A DNA stretch of 63,608 nucleotides, the filler included, from Octopus bimaculoides (lineage: Eukaryota), in assembly GCF_001194135.2 (NCBI RefSeq). It is 3 parts of 3 records of this genome, joined end to end, with 100 filler letters (N's around TTAATTAATTAA, not from the genome) between each part and the next. Parts side by side here need not be neighbours in the genome. Positions count along the whole stretch, not along the records: positions 1 to 24,315 come from NC_068990.1; positions 24,416 to 54,358 come from NC_068991.1; 1 more part is not named here. One strand, 5' to 3'. The notes under the pieces were generated by a model. It saw only the letters and a program-made list of their open reading frames with translations. It had not been told where the DNA came from and searched no databases. Below are positions 13,814-26,577 of this stretch, piece by piece; within the stretch, counting starts at the first letter, position 1, and the number at the start of each line of letters is the position of its first letter. The position numbers were made by a program, and so were the translations under genes.

Positions 13814-14693
13814 NNNNNNNNNNACACACATATATATATATATATGTGTGTGTGTGTATGTATGTATATTGCGTGTTTGTGTGTGTGTGTGCATGTGAGT
13901 GCATGTATGTGTGTGTATGTATATGTACATTTATGTATGTATATATAGTCATCTGTGTATCATAACAAATGTATGCACATCATTAGAAAGCTTAATGCTG
14001 TGGCATTGCCAGAAATATAATTTTTTCAAAGATTTGTGTTAAAAACAATGCCATGTATATCAGAGCAAGACAAACATTGTTGCTGCAATGACTCATGGAA
14101 ATGATAGACACATTATGCCTTTGTTATGACTTGTCAGTGCCTTGCACCCAAATGTAATCTGCATTGATGTAATTTGTATCTCAATATACAGGAAACATCA
14201 AATAAAATATTCACTGATATTGCTGAAGCCTACTGAGCTGTAGAAAAACTTTGTATACAGAACTCAAACAACATTAAATTAAAATCACTATCTCTAAATC
14301 ATAATAAATGTATACACACCATTTTCAAACTTGATGCAATGGAGTTGTGTGAGATTAAATCACTCCATAGACTTGATGTGATGCAAACAAGATATATATA
14401 TATATTGGAGTGAGATAAGCATTATCACTACAGTGACACATGTAAAATGGCAGACGTGCCTTACTTTTGTTGAGACTTATCGATGCTATGCACTGATTGT
14501 CACTGGCTTAAACAAATTTCATATCATGATATATAGGAGACAGTGAATGAAAAAAGAATTTCATTTAAGCATATGGCAATTGGGTGCACAGCAATGAGAA
14601 ACCTCAACATACAGTTATGCATGTGTACATATACCTTCATACATACGTATATATACTTATATGTATATATACATATATATATGTATGTGTGTG

Positions 14694-14743
<50 letters not shown>

Positions 14744-14931
14744 NNNNNNNNNNNNNNNNNNNNNNNNNNNNNNNNNNNNNNNNNNNNNNNNNNNNNNNNN
14801 NNNNNNNNNNNNNTATTTCTCTTTCCTTTTATTTTTATACATTTATCATTGGATAGTTGCCACATCATTGTCCTATTTGAAAACTATCATGTATATACGC
14901 ATACATACATATTGTGTATTTATGTATACTC

Positions 14932-14967
<36 letters not shown>

Positions 14968-15071
14968 ATAGAAAGAGAGAGAGAGAGGGAGCTGGAGGGG
15001 AGAGAGAGAGAGTGAGAGAGAAAGAAAGTGACAAAATAATGACGAATGGAGAGATAATCATCTTTAAAATT

Positions 15072-15295
15072 TATTTAATTAAAATCATTTCTTGCATATT
15101 AAATTCCAACACGTGTTTCCACTGAATAAGTCCCTAAGGGTCCTTTTGATGTTTGATGTGATAATTTTGGGCATCTAATTTTCTAATATCAAATCAGTTA
15201 TAGTACAAAGCTATTACATCAAAGGGCCCTAAGACACTTATTCAGTGGAAACACGTGTTGGAATTTAATATGCTGAAAAGTGTTTTAATTAAATA
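15072..15295. mobile_element. Foldback MITE with ~80-bp TIRs
   Basis: Perfect 38-bp inverted core at 15094-15131 and 15236-15273; imperfect extension on both sides. Confidence 0.7.
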
Positions 15296-15524
15296 GTCTT
15301 TAAAGATGTGCAACTCTCTGTTCGTCATTATTTTGCTCTGACAATTATGAATTCTGCATGAAATCCTTAAATGCAAACTCAGGATTTATCAATCAAAAGG
15401 AGTGCAACTTATATCTGTTTATTCTAAAGTATTCTAAATGTTTCCTTATTTTCAGTTAGCCAAGTTTAGATTTTAACAGATGCACATAAAAATTCCTATT
15501 CCATTGCCTCATTATGTATGTATG

Positions 15525-15558
<34 letters not shown>

Positions 15559-15574
15559 TGTATATTAATAATCA

Positions 15575-15712
15575 TCATTGTCATCCAGCATGGGTAGGAC
15601 AGTTGACAGGAGCTGGCCAGGTAGAAGACTACTCCAGATTACTGTGTCTGTTTTGGCAGGGTTTTTTACAGCTGGATGCCCTTTCTAACACCAACCACTC
15701 CACAGAGTGGAC
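15575..15712 (-). mobile_element. SINE-like family C2 copy
   Basis: Matches 3851-4026. Confidence 0.65.
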
Positions 15713-15852
15713 TATATACATATATAGTTATGGTAAATTCTGTTAAGAACATAGTAGAGTACAGTACAAAGCTTGTTCACCTTCAGATTTCCCCCTGTAC
15801 TATCAAGTAGTAGTATTATGCGTACCTCCAGGTTTGTGTTTGGGCATCTGTT

Positions 15853-16103
15853 GTGTGTGAATAGATAATGGAAAATATTTGGAGTCAACAAGAAGGAATA
15901 CAGTTGGACATTTAATTTTTGAATCACTACAATTGTTTCTATGCAACATACTTCTCCAGGCATGCAGGTACTTGATTATGCAACCGTTTGCATAATCAAG
16001 TACCTGCATGCCTGGAGAATTACATTGTGTGGAAACAATTGTAGTGATTGAAAAATAAATGTCTTCCTGTTGACTCCAAAGTTTTTCAATTATACACACA
16101 CAC
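15853..16103. other. Long near-perfect palindrome (hairpin), probably a foldback element
   Basis: Perfect 32-bp stem 15952-15983/15988-16019 with 4-nt loop CCGT; imperfect arms extend to 15907/16063 and further. Confidence 0.8.
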
Positions 16104-16145
16104 ATGTATAGATACATACACAGAAGCTTCATCACCATCGTCAAC

Positions 16146-16272
16146 ATTTAATGTCCATTTTCCATGTTGACATGGATTGGATAGCATGACAGGAACTGGC
16201 AAGACCAGGGGCCACACCCGGTTCCATAGTCTGTTTTGCCTTGATTTCTACAGCTGGATGTCTTTCCTAATG
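16146..16272 (-). mobile_element. SINE-like family C2 copy
   Basis: Matches 3851-4026; abuts a family A SINE head. Confidence 0.6.
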
Positions 16273-16573
16273 CCTGGCTGTGTGGTAAGAAGTTTGCTTT
16301 CCAACAACATGGTACTGGGTTCAGTCCCATTGCATGGCACCTTGGGCAGTTGTCTTCTGCTATAATCTCAAGCCAACCAAAGCCTTGTGAGTGGATTTGG
16401 TAGATGGAAACTGAAAGAAGATCATCCTATATATATACAGGTATATATTTGTATGTCTGTGTTTGTCCTTACCACCATCACTTGACAACTGATGTTAGTA
16501 TGTTTACGTCCCCATAACTTAGCAGTTCAACAAAAGTGATAGAATAAGTACTAGGCTTACAGAGAATAAGGTC
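16273..16573 (+). mobile_element. tRNA-derived SINE family A, 3'-truncated
   Basis: A-box-like TGGCTGTGTGGTAAG, B-box-like GGTTCAGTCCC, body GTGAGTGGATTTGGTAGATGGAAACTGAAAGAAG; matches 57512-57985. Confidence 0.8.
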
Positions 16574-17025
16574 ATTTATTTCTCTAGGAACAGACATAAA
16601 CTTCCTGTTGAAAAAAAGAGTTCATAACTCCAACTAAAAACATTTGTCTCCCCTTACACACACTTCCTGTTTTGACACCACACTTCCTGCTTAACACAAA
16701 CTTTTAACCCTTTTTTTAAACCTAACACAACTCTCAATTCTCATGTATCCTTATTTTTCCAACCATTATATACATGAATTACCATTGAACTTCAAAAGCT
16801 CAAAGACAATACAATGTATTGGTATAGTTATTTTTTTATATATTATTTTTTTAATATATTATTTTCTTCATTTTGTACTTCTTTGTAAAAAAACATTTTC
16901 ATTCTCCCTCTTCTTGAAAATTTGCTTCGCAATGAAAGCCNNNNNNNNNNNNNNNNNNNNNNNNNNNNNNNNNNNNNNNNNNNNNNNNNNNNNNNNNNNN
17001 NNNNNNNNNNNNNNNNNNNNNNNNN

Positions 17026-17066
<41 letters not shown>

Positions 17067-18377
17067 ACATATAAAAATATTCACACACACATATATGTAT
17101 ATATATATATAGTTGAATTCACAAATATATATATATATATTATGTATATTTATATATATACATGCACACATGCATACACAAATGTAGATGTTGTCTATTT
17201 GAAATATTGCTTTCCTTTCTAAAAGTCACAAAACTAACAATGTGCATAGTCTAGACAGTGTGTATAATTTAGAGAATGAAACTTAGTATATTACTGTTAT
17301 CTATTTAATTGAACTGATGCATAAATTCTGAAATCAAGTATTGACATGGAGAAAGTTTGAAGGCTGAATTCAGAAGTAACATAATAAATACACTAATGCA
17401 TTTAGTCCACTGTGTAGGAAGTGCTATCTTTTCCCCTCAATTCACAAACTTCTGTAGAAATAACATATAATTTGAGAAAAGATGGTTTATGGTAATATTT
17501 ACTCTGTATTTGACTTGCTTACCAAGCAAGCAGTTTATACATCTGAAGTTAGCTGTTATATTATTGTTTATATGCTAGCAAATTGTAAATTTAAACTTAG
17601 GCTGGCTTATATTTTAAGAGATTCTCTGTTTATTGGAATTGTCAAGTTAATATGTAGGTTGAAAGTATGAAAATGGTAATGTGAACATATTTCAATTATC
17701 TCACTTGAAGTTGAGTTGTAATTATGGTGCCTGGAATACAGAGTTAGTAGTGGAATTTGCGTGTTTATTACAAGTTTCACTTCTGACTAAAGATGCTTGA
17801 TTGTGATTCTGTATGATCTACTAAAAACTACGCTGTATTAATTACTTTTAAGGTTTTTAATATCTCACCAATATATTCAATAAAAGTTATTCTGAAGCCA
17901 TTTGTTTCATGTGCTGCAATGTCCTATGACACCGACGAAAGAAAATTCCATAACATATTGCATGGCATATATTTAGTATTCGTGTCATGTTTATAAGTCG
18001 TTTGAAATAGTAGTCCCACTTTGAAATCGATAGCTTTACCAAATTAATTATTATCTTATAAAAACAGTGAAAAATATTCGTTGAAACATGTTGTAGTCTT
18101 CCACAAATATACAAAATTAAGTTTGCACATTGTTAATATATTTCCGATAGATTGGACGGTAAATTTGATACAATCTGTAGAACACAACAATAAATACATG
18201 ATAACAATAATAACTAAGTTTTGACCAGCATCATGGTCATTTTAATGTCTGCTTTAACGTAGAATTCCATACTTTTGATGGGTCGCATATACAGCATTTC
18301 TATGCATTTATTTTAGATACAGGCTAAACCAGCACAATCATACAGTTTTCAATTTGATCCCATGGTTCACCATCATA

Positions 18378-18585
18378 ATCATCATCATTTAACATCTGCT
18401 TTCCATGCTGGCATGGGTTGGACGGTTTGACTGAGGTCTGGCAAGCCAGTAGGCTACACCAGGCTCCAATCTGATCTGGCAATGTTTCTATAGTTGAATG
18501 CCCTTCCTAATGCCAATGACCCTAGAGTGTAGTGGGTCCTTTTTACATGCCACCAGCACGGGAGCCAACTAGGGGGCACTGGCAT
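18378..18585 (-). mobile_element. SINE-like family C copy
   Basis: Same motifs as 3378-3820. Confidence 0.75.
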
Positions 18586-19979
18586 CTTGTGAAAAATTTA
18601 TTTGACCATCTTATCATAAGCCCCACGTTTTTTAAAGTTAAATCAGATAGATAAATGGTTCTCAGATTGAAAAATAGCATGTTCCTTTTCCACCAAAAAT
18701 GGTGAAATATTTTATCCCTACTTCTCTCCTTATTGATGAGAAGCCAAAACATTGTGTATCCTTATAATTCCATTTTTTTTTATCATCATGATGTTGTTGA
18801 AGTTTAAAAATTTCAAAAACAATCTTAATTTTATTAGTTTTGGCATTTTCCTACCCACTTTTCAATCCTCTCAGCCATTCCATTCTTGAGGGACCTGGTA
18901 CTTCCCAATGAGAAATGCTGGAGTAAATTACACCTACAGAAGTTCATTAGATTGACTGCATTTTCTTGGAATCTTGGAAGACCCTACTTATTTTGTCAAC
19001 TAGTTTAATACCACCGCTGCTGCCACCAGTACCAACAATAACAAAAACAACAACAGTACCAGCACCTGGCCTTGGATGCCTATAATGCTATATAATTTGT
19101 TGGGTGTATTTGGACTAGCTTTCTGGTTTCTTTCAAGTGCTGTGAGGTTCACTCTTTTATATGTCCATGCACTGATTTTATCTTGCCATTATGTGTGTGT
19201 GCAATAATTTTTTTAATGAACTAAACTGAATGAATTCAATTCAGGTAATTGTTTCTACTTGCAGAATTAAATTAAATTACCATATCTTCCACCAGACAAG
19301 TCGACATAGTATATAGAGTAAACATTCAATCATTGTCACTATCTTTCCAAATGCTGTTACATTATATGTGGAATTTTTAGTTCTCAAAAGTCATCTCAGT
19401 ATAAAGTTGGCCTACCTTTTTTGGCTGTAAATTTCAGTCTGAAAAAATGGATTTATATGCCCCAAAATACAGTATTATAAATTTTAGTGTTTTGTCCATT
19501 TTAATTCTTCTTATCATTTACAATATTATCTGATGCAGTTGTTTACAGTTGGCTAGATATAGGCCTTTTACATAATCCCCTATGCAGCTTGTCAAATTTC
19601 TCTTTTCTTATCTCTTACTTATCCACTGCCCTTCAGCTGCTAATCCCTATCTATCCACAACTTTTTTTAACACTCTGCATGGCATTATGTTATATAAATC
19701 AGCATTCTGAATAACATAGCATTTCCTACTCTCAAAAAATAAATACTACAGATGCCTTTTAGTGGTGAGCCATTTCTGAAAACAGTCTTAAAAGTCCTGC
19801 TAAAAGTGTCATGGACACTGCCCTTTGACCTCTGACTAAACCATATAAAAAAATTCACAGAAATCTGTGAGGAGCAACATCTTCAAACCTTATTTTATCA
19901 CTTCTTAAATTCTGACTATTCTATATGCATCTCTGTCCTTTTCAATCATTACATGCTCATATAAACAGTATTGATCTAC

Positions 19980-20135
19980 TCCGTTGCATTCCTACCAAAT
20001 CCACTGACAAGGCTTTGATCAGCCGGGGGAGGGGGGCAATGGTAGAAGTCACTTGTCCAAGGTACCACCATGCAGCAGGACTAAACTTCGAACTTTGTAG
20101 TTGGAAAGTGAACTTCTTATCACACACCCACCCAC
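19980..20135 (-). mobile_element. SINE family A 5' fragment
   Basis: Reverse complement of family A head and body (CTACCAAATCCACTGACAAGGCTTTGATCAG). Confidence 0.65.
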
Positions 20136-20511
20136 ACTTGCAGCTGTGTTATAATGCAATAGCTATCATTTATTTGGAAATGAGGGCTGTACATCGCTGA
20201 CCATTGTGGTCCCTGAAAAGATGAAGGACAAAATTAATCTCATGCTGGTATTAATTTCATCTTTTATCTTTTTAGGATTGATACATAAATATACCAATCC
20301 AGTGTGATGCACTGGCAAAACTGTAAGAATGTTAAACCAGATACTTGGAAAAAATTTTTTCTGGTTCTTCATCTTCTACATTCAAATGCTGCCATAAGCT
20401 GTTTGGGTGTAAGGCTTAATCTTTGACTCGGTAAAAAAAAGGAAGGAAAAAGGCATCTGGCACTTTGAATGCCTTTAGTGGAATCCATTCAGTTGCAAGT
20501 GTTCTTTGGGG

Positions 20512-20596
20512 TCAGGTCTCCACAGCACCATCAAGTCTGTCTTCCTCCAACCTTAGATACTTTGTAATGGGTCTTGGTATTACTCTTTGCTCCTGA
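20512..20596 (-). CDS. Candidate terminal coding exon, product unknown (QEQRVIPRPITKYLRLEEDRLDGAVET*)
   Basis: Strong acceptor TTTTTGTTTTACTTTACCTTTCAG in non-repeat sequence, then 1 nt + 27 codons + TGA. No homology recognised; a second frame (SGAKSNTK...QT*) is also open. Confidence 0.3.
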
Positions 20597-20847
20597 CTGA
20601 AAGGTAAAGTAAAACAAAAACAAGCAAAAAAAAAACAAAAAAACACACACGCATCTCCCTGAAATCGCATTCTGCCATCCTTTTGATGCAACTGTCTTTT
20701 AAAATGTATTCACTGAGGTCCTATCTCTGAAAAAGCACTAAATACATAAAAATAAAGAAAACGGACAGAATGACCATGGTTGGAATGCTGTCTGTCATAA
20801 GTCTGCCCATCCAGGATAAAAAAGAAGAGAGACAGATAGATAGATAG

Positions 20848-20935
<88 letters not shown>

Positions 20936-21634
20936 TGTGTAACTGTGCATTTGGTCTCCTCTATTGAACTTTATCTACCACATTTTCTGGCATATAAATC
21001 AATTTTTCAGACCATATTTTACAGCCTAAGAGAAAAAGACACCATGATGTCTTTGGTAGACGAAAAATTCCATGTGAAATGGCAGCAGGATTTAGAAAGG
21101 TAGTGATGATGTTCACATTATACACTTTGTCTATTAGTATGCCAGGAAATGCAATAACAGTGTCTAACTAACTCCTCTGTCTACTTTAACATTCATGACA
21201 AGTCGCACCAGTCATTAATTATCAATACAATGAAAACTAAAACTATTTACAAATTAACCTGAAAAATGAGGAAGAAAGAGGAAAAAACTGAAAAACACGC
21301 AATCTCAAATTGCAAAATTTTTTGGTTATTGACTCATAATATTATTTTACTATATTTTAGATAAGATGATTTAATTCTTTGCATAATTGAACAGTAATGA
21401 GACACCACTTTCAGTAACTACGCACTGTACATACTTTATCATACAATGCCTCCTCCTCCTTCTCATGTCCGTTAATAACATTCTTCTTCTTCTTCTTCTT
21501 CTTCTTCTTCGTCTTCTTCTTCTTCTTCNNNNNNNNNNTCTTCTTCTTCTTCTTCTTCTTCTTCTTCTTCTTCTTCTTCTTCTTCTTCTTCTTCTCATTA
21601 TTGTTGTGGTCGTCCATCATTATTATTATATAAA

Positions 21635-21870
21635 AACTTTCAGCTTCTATTGCTGGGTATGATGGAAAGTGTCCGCTGTCCACAGCCAGCAGACTGAGGT
21701 GACACTTGTTTACTGGTCATGCTTCAAGGACCCTGCCAAGAATTCTTGCAGTTCCAAGCAATGCTGATTCTTGTAGGTGTTCTATCTTCACACTTAGATC
21801 AATCTTTTTGAGCCTTGCTGGTGGCTGAGTGCTGATTGCTGTTCATATCACATCTGTATTTCCCACTTCA
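21635..21870 (-). mobile_element. 3' tip of an R4/Dong-type (RLE) LINE
   Basis: Minus strand encodes KIEHLQESALLGTARILGRVLEA*, the typical R4-clade C-terminus; short (AAT)n on both sides. Confidence 0.55.
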
Positions 21871-22098
21871 AATCGTTGTATTATTATTATTATTATTTTC
21901 CTTCTTTCTTCAAATTTTCTTCAATTTCTTGCCGAGTGTTTTCCATACACTTAGGGCAGAGAAACTCGTTGTATGCATTCCCAGTTTACACACGCATATT
22001 CACAGGTAAAATATGTATTTAAAAAAAAAAGATCATGAATGGATGTTGTTTTCACAGCGATAATGCTCTTCTCAGTACATGAGTCGTTCCAGTTAGCA

Positions 22099-22150
<52 letters not shown>

Positions 22151-22151
22151 T

Positions 22152-22865
22152 GCACACACTCGTTTAGTGCCTGGGCATTGCTGACTTGTGGGGTTATGTC
22201 AAACAGCTGCTGTCACATGTAGGATGGATCTGTCTGTCAACTGAGTCTGTAGTGATGATTGTTCTATCACCCTTCTTCAATTGGGAAGGCAAGACAGTTT
22301 CCNNNNNNNNNNTCTATCACCCTTCTTCAATTGGGAAGGCAAGACAGTTTCCCTTTGACTGCTGGTTGCAGTGAAAGAGGTTGTTTGGTGGACAAGGCTG
22401 AAAGGCAGGAGGACAGATACATTCCTCTTTGGTAGAGGAAATCTCATTGACTTTTACAAAGTTTCACTTGAAAAGGGAACTGAGGGTGGAGCGTGAGTTT
22501 ATTGAACGGTGAGTAAAAGTTGCGAAAATGGCAAGAGTGGATGGTACCTTTTTAAGTGTAGACCCGTGAGTCAGGGAGAAGGAATTGGAGAGGGCACTTG
22601 CTCCTAGGGTTTCAGAAAAATCTCAGACAGTGGCGTTCCTAGATTATCCCTAAAGGTCATATTGTATAAGGAGGGCCACATCTCTCCCACCCACCTCCCT
22701 TTTTTTAAGAATCTTTGTATCCTCTGTATGATTTCTCTCCTTTCTTTGTATGCTTATATTTCTATTTATTTATTGATTAAAAACATTTCTTTTTGTTACT
22801 TATTTAATTATTTTATCATTTCATTATATGTAAACTCCAACATTTTATGCCTGTCTCTGTATTGT
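22152..22865 (+). mobile_element. Tx1/L1-clade LINE 3' fragment, decayed
   Basis: IADLWGYVKQLLSHVGWICLSTESVVMI...KEVVWWTRLKG; homologous to 27166-28290. Confidence 0.65.
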
Positions 22866-23557
22866 CACCACTCATCCTTTTCCCTGGTGGCAAATAAATG
22901 AAACCATCACCACTGCCACCACCACCAACATTTCTGCCAGCTCACCGCCCTAACCCTAACCCTCCTATTACTGTCGTTCATGCCTTTCTCACTAATGCCT
23001 CTCACTCTATAAAGAGGCTGGCAACTGAGCTGAGATATGATGTCCTTGTAGTTGCATTCGAGACATGGTTGCCTTGATGGTGATGGTTTTGCAAAACAGG
23101 ACAGCCATAACACTCTGCAAAGTGTTATGTTGCGAGGACCCATGAAACTTCTCTTAGGCTGGTGCCACAGAAAAAGTATATTTTGTAAAGTGGTTGGCAT
23201 CAGGAAGGATGTTGAGTTGTAGCAACAAAGCCAAAATTGAAATACAAATGAGATGTAGTTCCCTCGCCACTCCAGTGAGGTGAGCAGCAATCCTGATTAT
23301 GAGATGATTGGTCCAGGCCATGGACATCATGGACAGAAGATTTAAATGGATGATGATGATGATGATGATGATCACATTCACTTTGGTGGTGGAGGAAAAA
23401 AAGGAGATAATGATGAAACCAACATTTCTAAAAAAATTCCACAGATTCTAAACAAAACAGAATTGGGATCAATGTAATGGACTCTTACTCTTTTCCCAAA
23501 TTCAAGGTTTTGTCTCCATATTAAGAAATACTTAGTAAATCAGTATTTTCACCATCA

Positions 23558-23743
23558 AAATACTCAGTGGCATTTCTTCTGGCTCTTGATATTCTGAGTT
23601 CAAATTCTGCCAAGATCAGTTTTGCCTTTTAACCTTTCAGGGTTGATAAAATAAAGTACCAATTAAGTGCTGGAATTGATATAACTGACTTGCCCCTCCC
23701 CTCAAAATTACTAGCTTTATGCCAAAAATTAGAAAGGACTATT
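23558..23743 (+). mobile_element. SINE family B, degraded
   Basis: TTCTGAGTTCAAATTCTGCCAAG...TTTGCCTTT...GGGTTGATAAAATAAAGTACC. Confidence 0.6.
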
Positions 23744-24315
23744 AAAATGTGTATGAAATATCTCTCTTGCAGCAAATAAAAGATTGAATATTCTTCTATT
23801 GATGCAGCAATTTTTTTTTTATTGCTTCCTTGCTCCTTTTTTGTTCCCAAATTATTCAAATTTTTCCATCCATTGGCACGGATATAATAACTATGTTGAC
23901 CAGACCGACATACAGACAGGCGATTGTGATTCTAGAATTTATGATTCTACAGTTTTGTGAGTCCTATTCCCTAATAGCTATTCTCCCCCCACCCACCACC
24001 ACTACTACCATAACCACCACTACTCTATCACCACTACTGCTGCTGTTGCTGTTTCTGCAGCTGTTGCTACTGTCATCTCTGCTGCTACCATCACCACCAC
24101 CACCACCACCACCACTTCTGCTACTACTACCTACACCACTGAAGAAACCACATCCACCTCCACCAATGCCACCTCTACCACCACTGCTGCCAACTGCTAA
24201 CACAGCTGCCACCACCATTACCAGCACCGGCACCAGCACCACCACCATTGCCACCAACACAGACACCCAAACGCACATGCACACACGAATATATACACAC
24301 CCACAAATATAGACA

Positions 24316-24415
24316 NNNNNNNNNNNNNNNNNNNNNNNNNNNNNNNNNNNNNNNNNNNNTTAATTAATTAANNNNNNNNNNNNNNNNNNNNNNNNNNNNN
24401 NNNNNNNNNNNNNNN
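24316..24415. other. Synthetic 100-bp scaffold-join pad
   Basis: Exactly 44 N + TTAATTAATTAA (24360-24371) + 44 N; identical pad at 54359-54458. Confidence 0.95.
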
Positions 24416-24720
24416 GTTTCAGGACCAGTTACTGCAACAGCTTGGGTTTCAGGGGCCCACAGCTTTTTAATATTCTCCCAAAGAGCCTGAAGAATCTGCA
24501 CAAAGTAGATGTAGGAGTTTTTAAATCAAAGCTGGACCTCTTCATATCGAGAGTCCCAGATGAACCTACCTCGCGGCAGGAGGTGCAAATGAGGGTTACT
24601 AAATCAAACTCCATTCTTCACCAAGTGCCACATATTGTAAGAGGCTCCCTGTAATAACAGTGTAGCAACACGGTGGTGCATCAGCATGGCCGCAGCTCTA
24701 AGCTGAAACTTTAAAAAAAA
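24416..24720 (+). mobile_element. LINE ORF2 C-terminus plus 3' UTR and poly(A) (CR1/Crack/I-group; clade uncertain)
   Basis: NSLGFRGPQLFNILPKSLKNLHKVDVGVFKSKLDLFISRVPDEP...SNSILHQ*, then GGTGGTGCATCAGCATGGCCGCAG...CTGAAAC and an A-run. Confidence 0.8.
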
Positions 24721-24761
24721 AATTTTTTTAAGGTATGTATGTATGTATGTATGTATGTATG

Positions 24762-24823
<62 letters not shown>

Positions 24824-24839
24824 TGTATGTATGTATGTG

Positions 24840-25056
24840 TGTGTCTGTGTTTGACCCCCACCCACCCATCATCGCTTGACAATCGATGTTGGTGTGATTA
24901 CGTCCCCGTAACTTAGTAGTTCGGCAAAAGAATCTGATATGATAAGTACTAGGCTTGCAAAGAATAAGTCCTGGGGTCGATTTGTTCGACAAAAGGTGGT
25001 GCTCCAGCGTGGCCGCAGTCAAATGACTGAAACAAATAAAAGGATGAAAGAATGTA
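24840..25056 (+). mobile_element. SINE family A 3' half
   Basis: Matches 57780-57985, including the GGTGGTGCTCCAGCGTGGCCGCAGTCAAATGACTGAAAC tail. Confidence 0.8.
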
Positions 25057-26071
25057 TACATGTGTGTGTGTGTGTGTGTGTGTGTCGTGTGTGTGTTTGG
25101 GTGCGTGTGTGCGTATATATATGTATACANNNNNNNNNNNNNNNNNNNNNNNNNNNNNNNNNNNNNNNNNNNNNNNNNNNNNNNNNNNNNNNNNNNNNNN
25201 NNNNNNNNNNNNNNNNNNNNNNNNNNNNNNNNNNNNNNNNNNNNNNNNNNNNNNNNNNNNNNNNNNNNNNNNNNNNNNNNNNNNNNNNNNNNNNNNNNNN
25301 NNNNNNNNNNNNNNNNNNNNNNNNNNNNNNNNNNNNNNNNNNNNNNNNNNNNNNNNNNNNNNNNNNNNNNNNNNNNNNNNNNNNNNNNNNNNNNNNNNNN
25401 NNNNNNNNNNNNNNNNNNNNNNNNNNNNNNNNNNNNNNNNNNNNNNNNNNNNNNNNNNNNNNNNNNNNNNNNNNNNNNNNNNNNNNNNNNNNNNNNNNNN
25501 NNNNNNNNNNNNNNNNNNNNNNNNNNNNNNNNNNNNNNNNNNNNNNNNNNNNNNNNNNNNNNNNNNNNNNNNNNNNNNNNNNNNNNNNNNNNNNNNNNNN
25601 NNNNNNNNNNNNNNNNNNNNNNNNNNNNNNNNNNNNNNNNNNNNNNNNNNNNNNNNNNNNNNNNNNNNNNNNNNNNNNNNNNNNNNNNNNNNNNNNNNNN
25701 NNNNNNNNNNNNNNNNNNNNNNNNNNNNNNNNNNNNNNNNNNNNNNNNNNNNNNNNNNNNNNNNNNNNNNNNNNNNNNNNNNNNNNNNNNNNNNNNNNNN
25801 NNNNNNNNNNNNNNNNNNNNNNNNNNNNNNNNNNNNNNNNNNNNNNNNNNNNNNNNNNNNNNNNNNNNNNNNNNNNNNNNNNNNNNNNNNNNNNNNNNNN
25901 NNNNNNNNNNNNNNNNNNNNNNNNNNNNNNNNNNNNNNNNNNNNNNNNNNNNNNNNNNNNNNNNNNNNNNNNNNNNNNNNNNNNNNNNNNNNNNNNNNNN
26001 NNNNNNNNNNNNNNNNNNNNNNNNNNNNNNNNNNNNNNNNNNTATATATATATATACACTGAGAGGGTGTG

Positions 26072-26110
<39 letters not shown>

Positions 26111-26294
26111 CGGAAACATACATACATACATACATACATACATACATGCATACAAACGCACATAAATGCATTCATAATACTTTGACACATATATATATAA
26201 ATACATCTATTTCAAATCACACATAGGTTATTCCAAAAATTATGTGTCAACCACAAATATATTAAACCATTTATTTTGCTATTTTAATTTTTAG

Positions 26295-26325
26295 AAGTCT
26301 TGCTGTACATCCGATTTAATAGACA
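26295..26325 (+). CDS. Candidate 31-nt micro-exon, product unknown
   Basis: TTTTGCTATTTTAATTTTTAG acceptor and consensus GTAAGT donor; two open frames (KSCCTSDLID or xVLLYIRFNR). Confidence 0.25.
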
Positions 26326-26494
26326 GTAAGTGTCCTCAATTCTTGCCCAATTCTTGGTTTAGTGATATATCGATAAATTATAAATGAATATACATATACA
26401 TGTGTGTGTATATGTGTGCGTATATGCATATATATGTTTTAAATATATATATATACATATATATATATTTGTATATATATGCGTATATATACTC

Positions 26495-26532
<38 letters not shown>

Positions 26533-26542
26533 NNNNNNNNNN

Positions 26543-26577
<35 letters not shown>

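Noticed and set aside
21010-21098. Apparent plus-strand exon (LREKDTMMSLVDEKFHVKWQQDLER)
   Set aside because: A diverged paralog lies on the minus strand at ~55600-55740, so it is an old repeat fragment.
22263-22352. 40-bp direct repeat around a 10-N gap
   Set aside because: Exact duplication on both sides of a minimal gap: unmerged contig overlap artefact.
23830-24312. Proline/threonine-rich 160-aa ORF (mucin- or extensin-like)
   Set aside because: Degenerate CCA/CTG/CTA trinucleotide tract with no splice or homology support.
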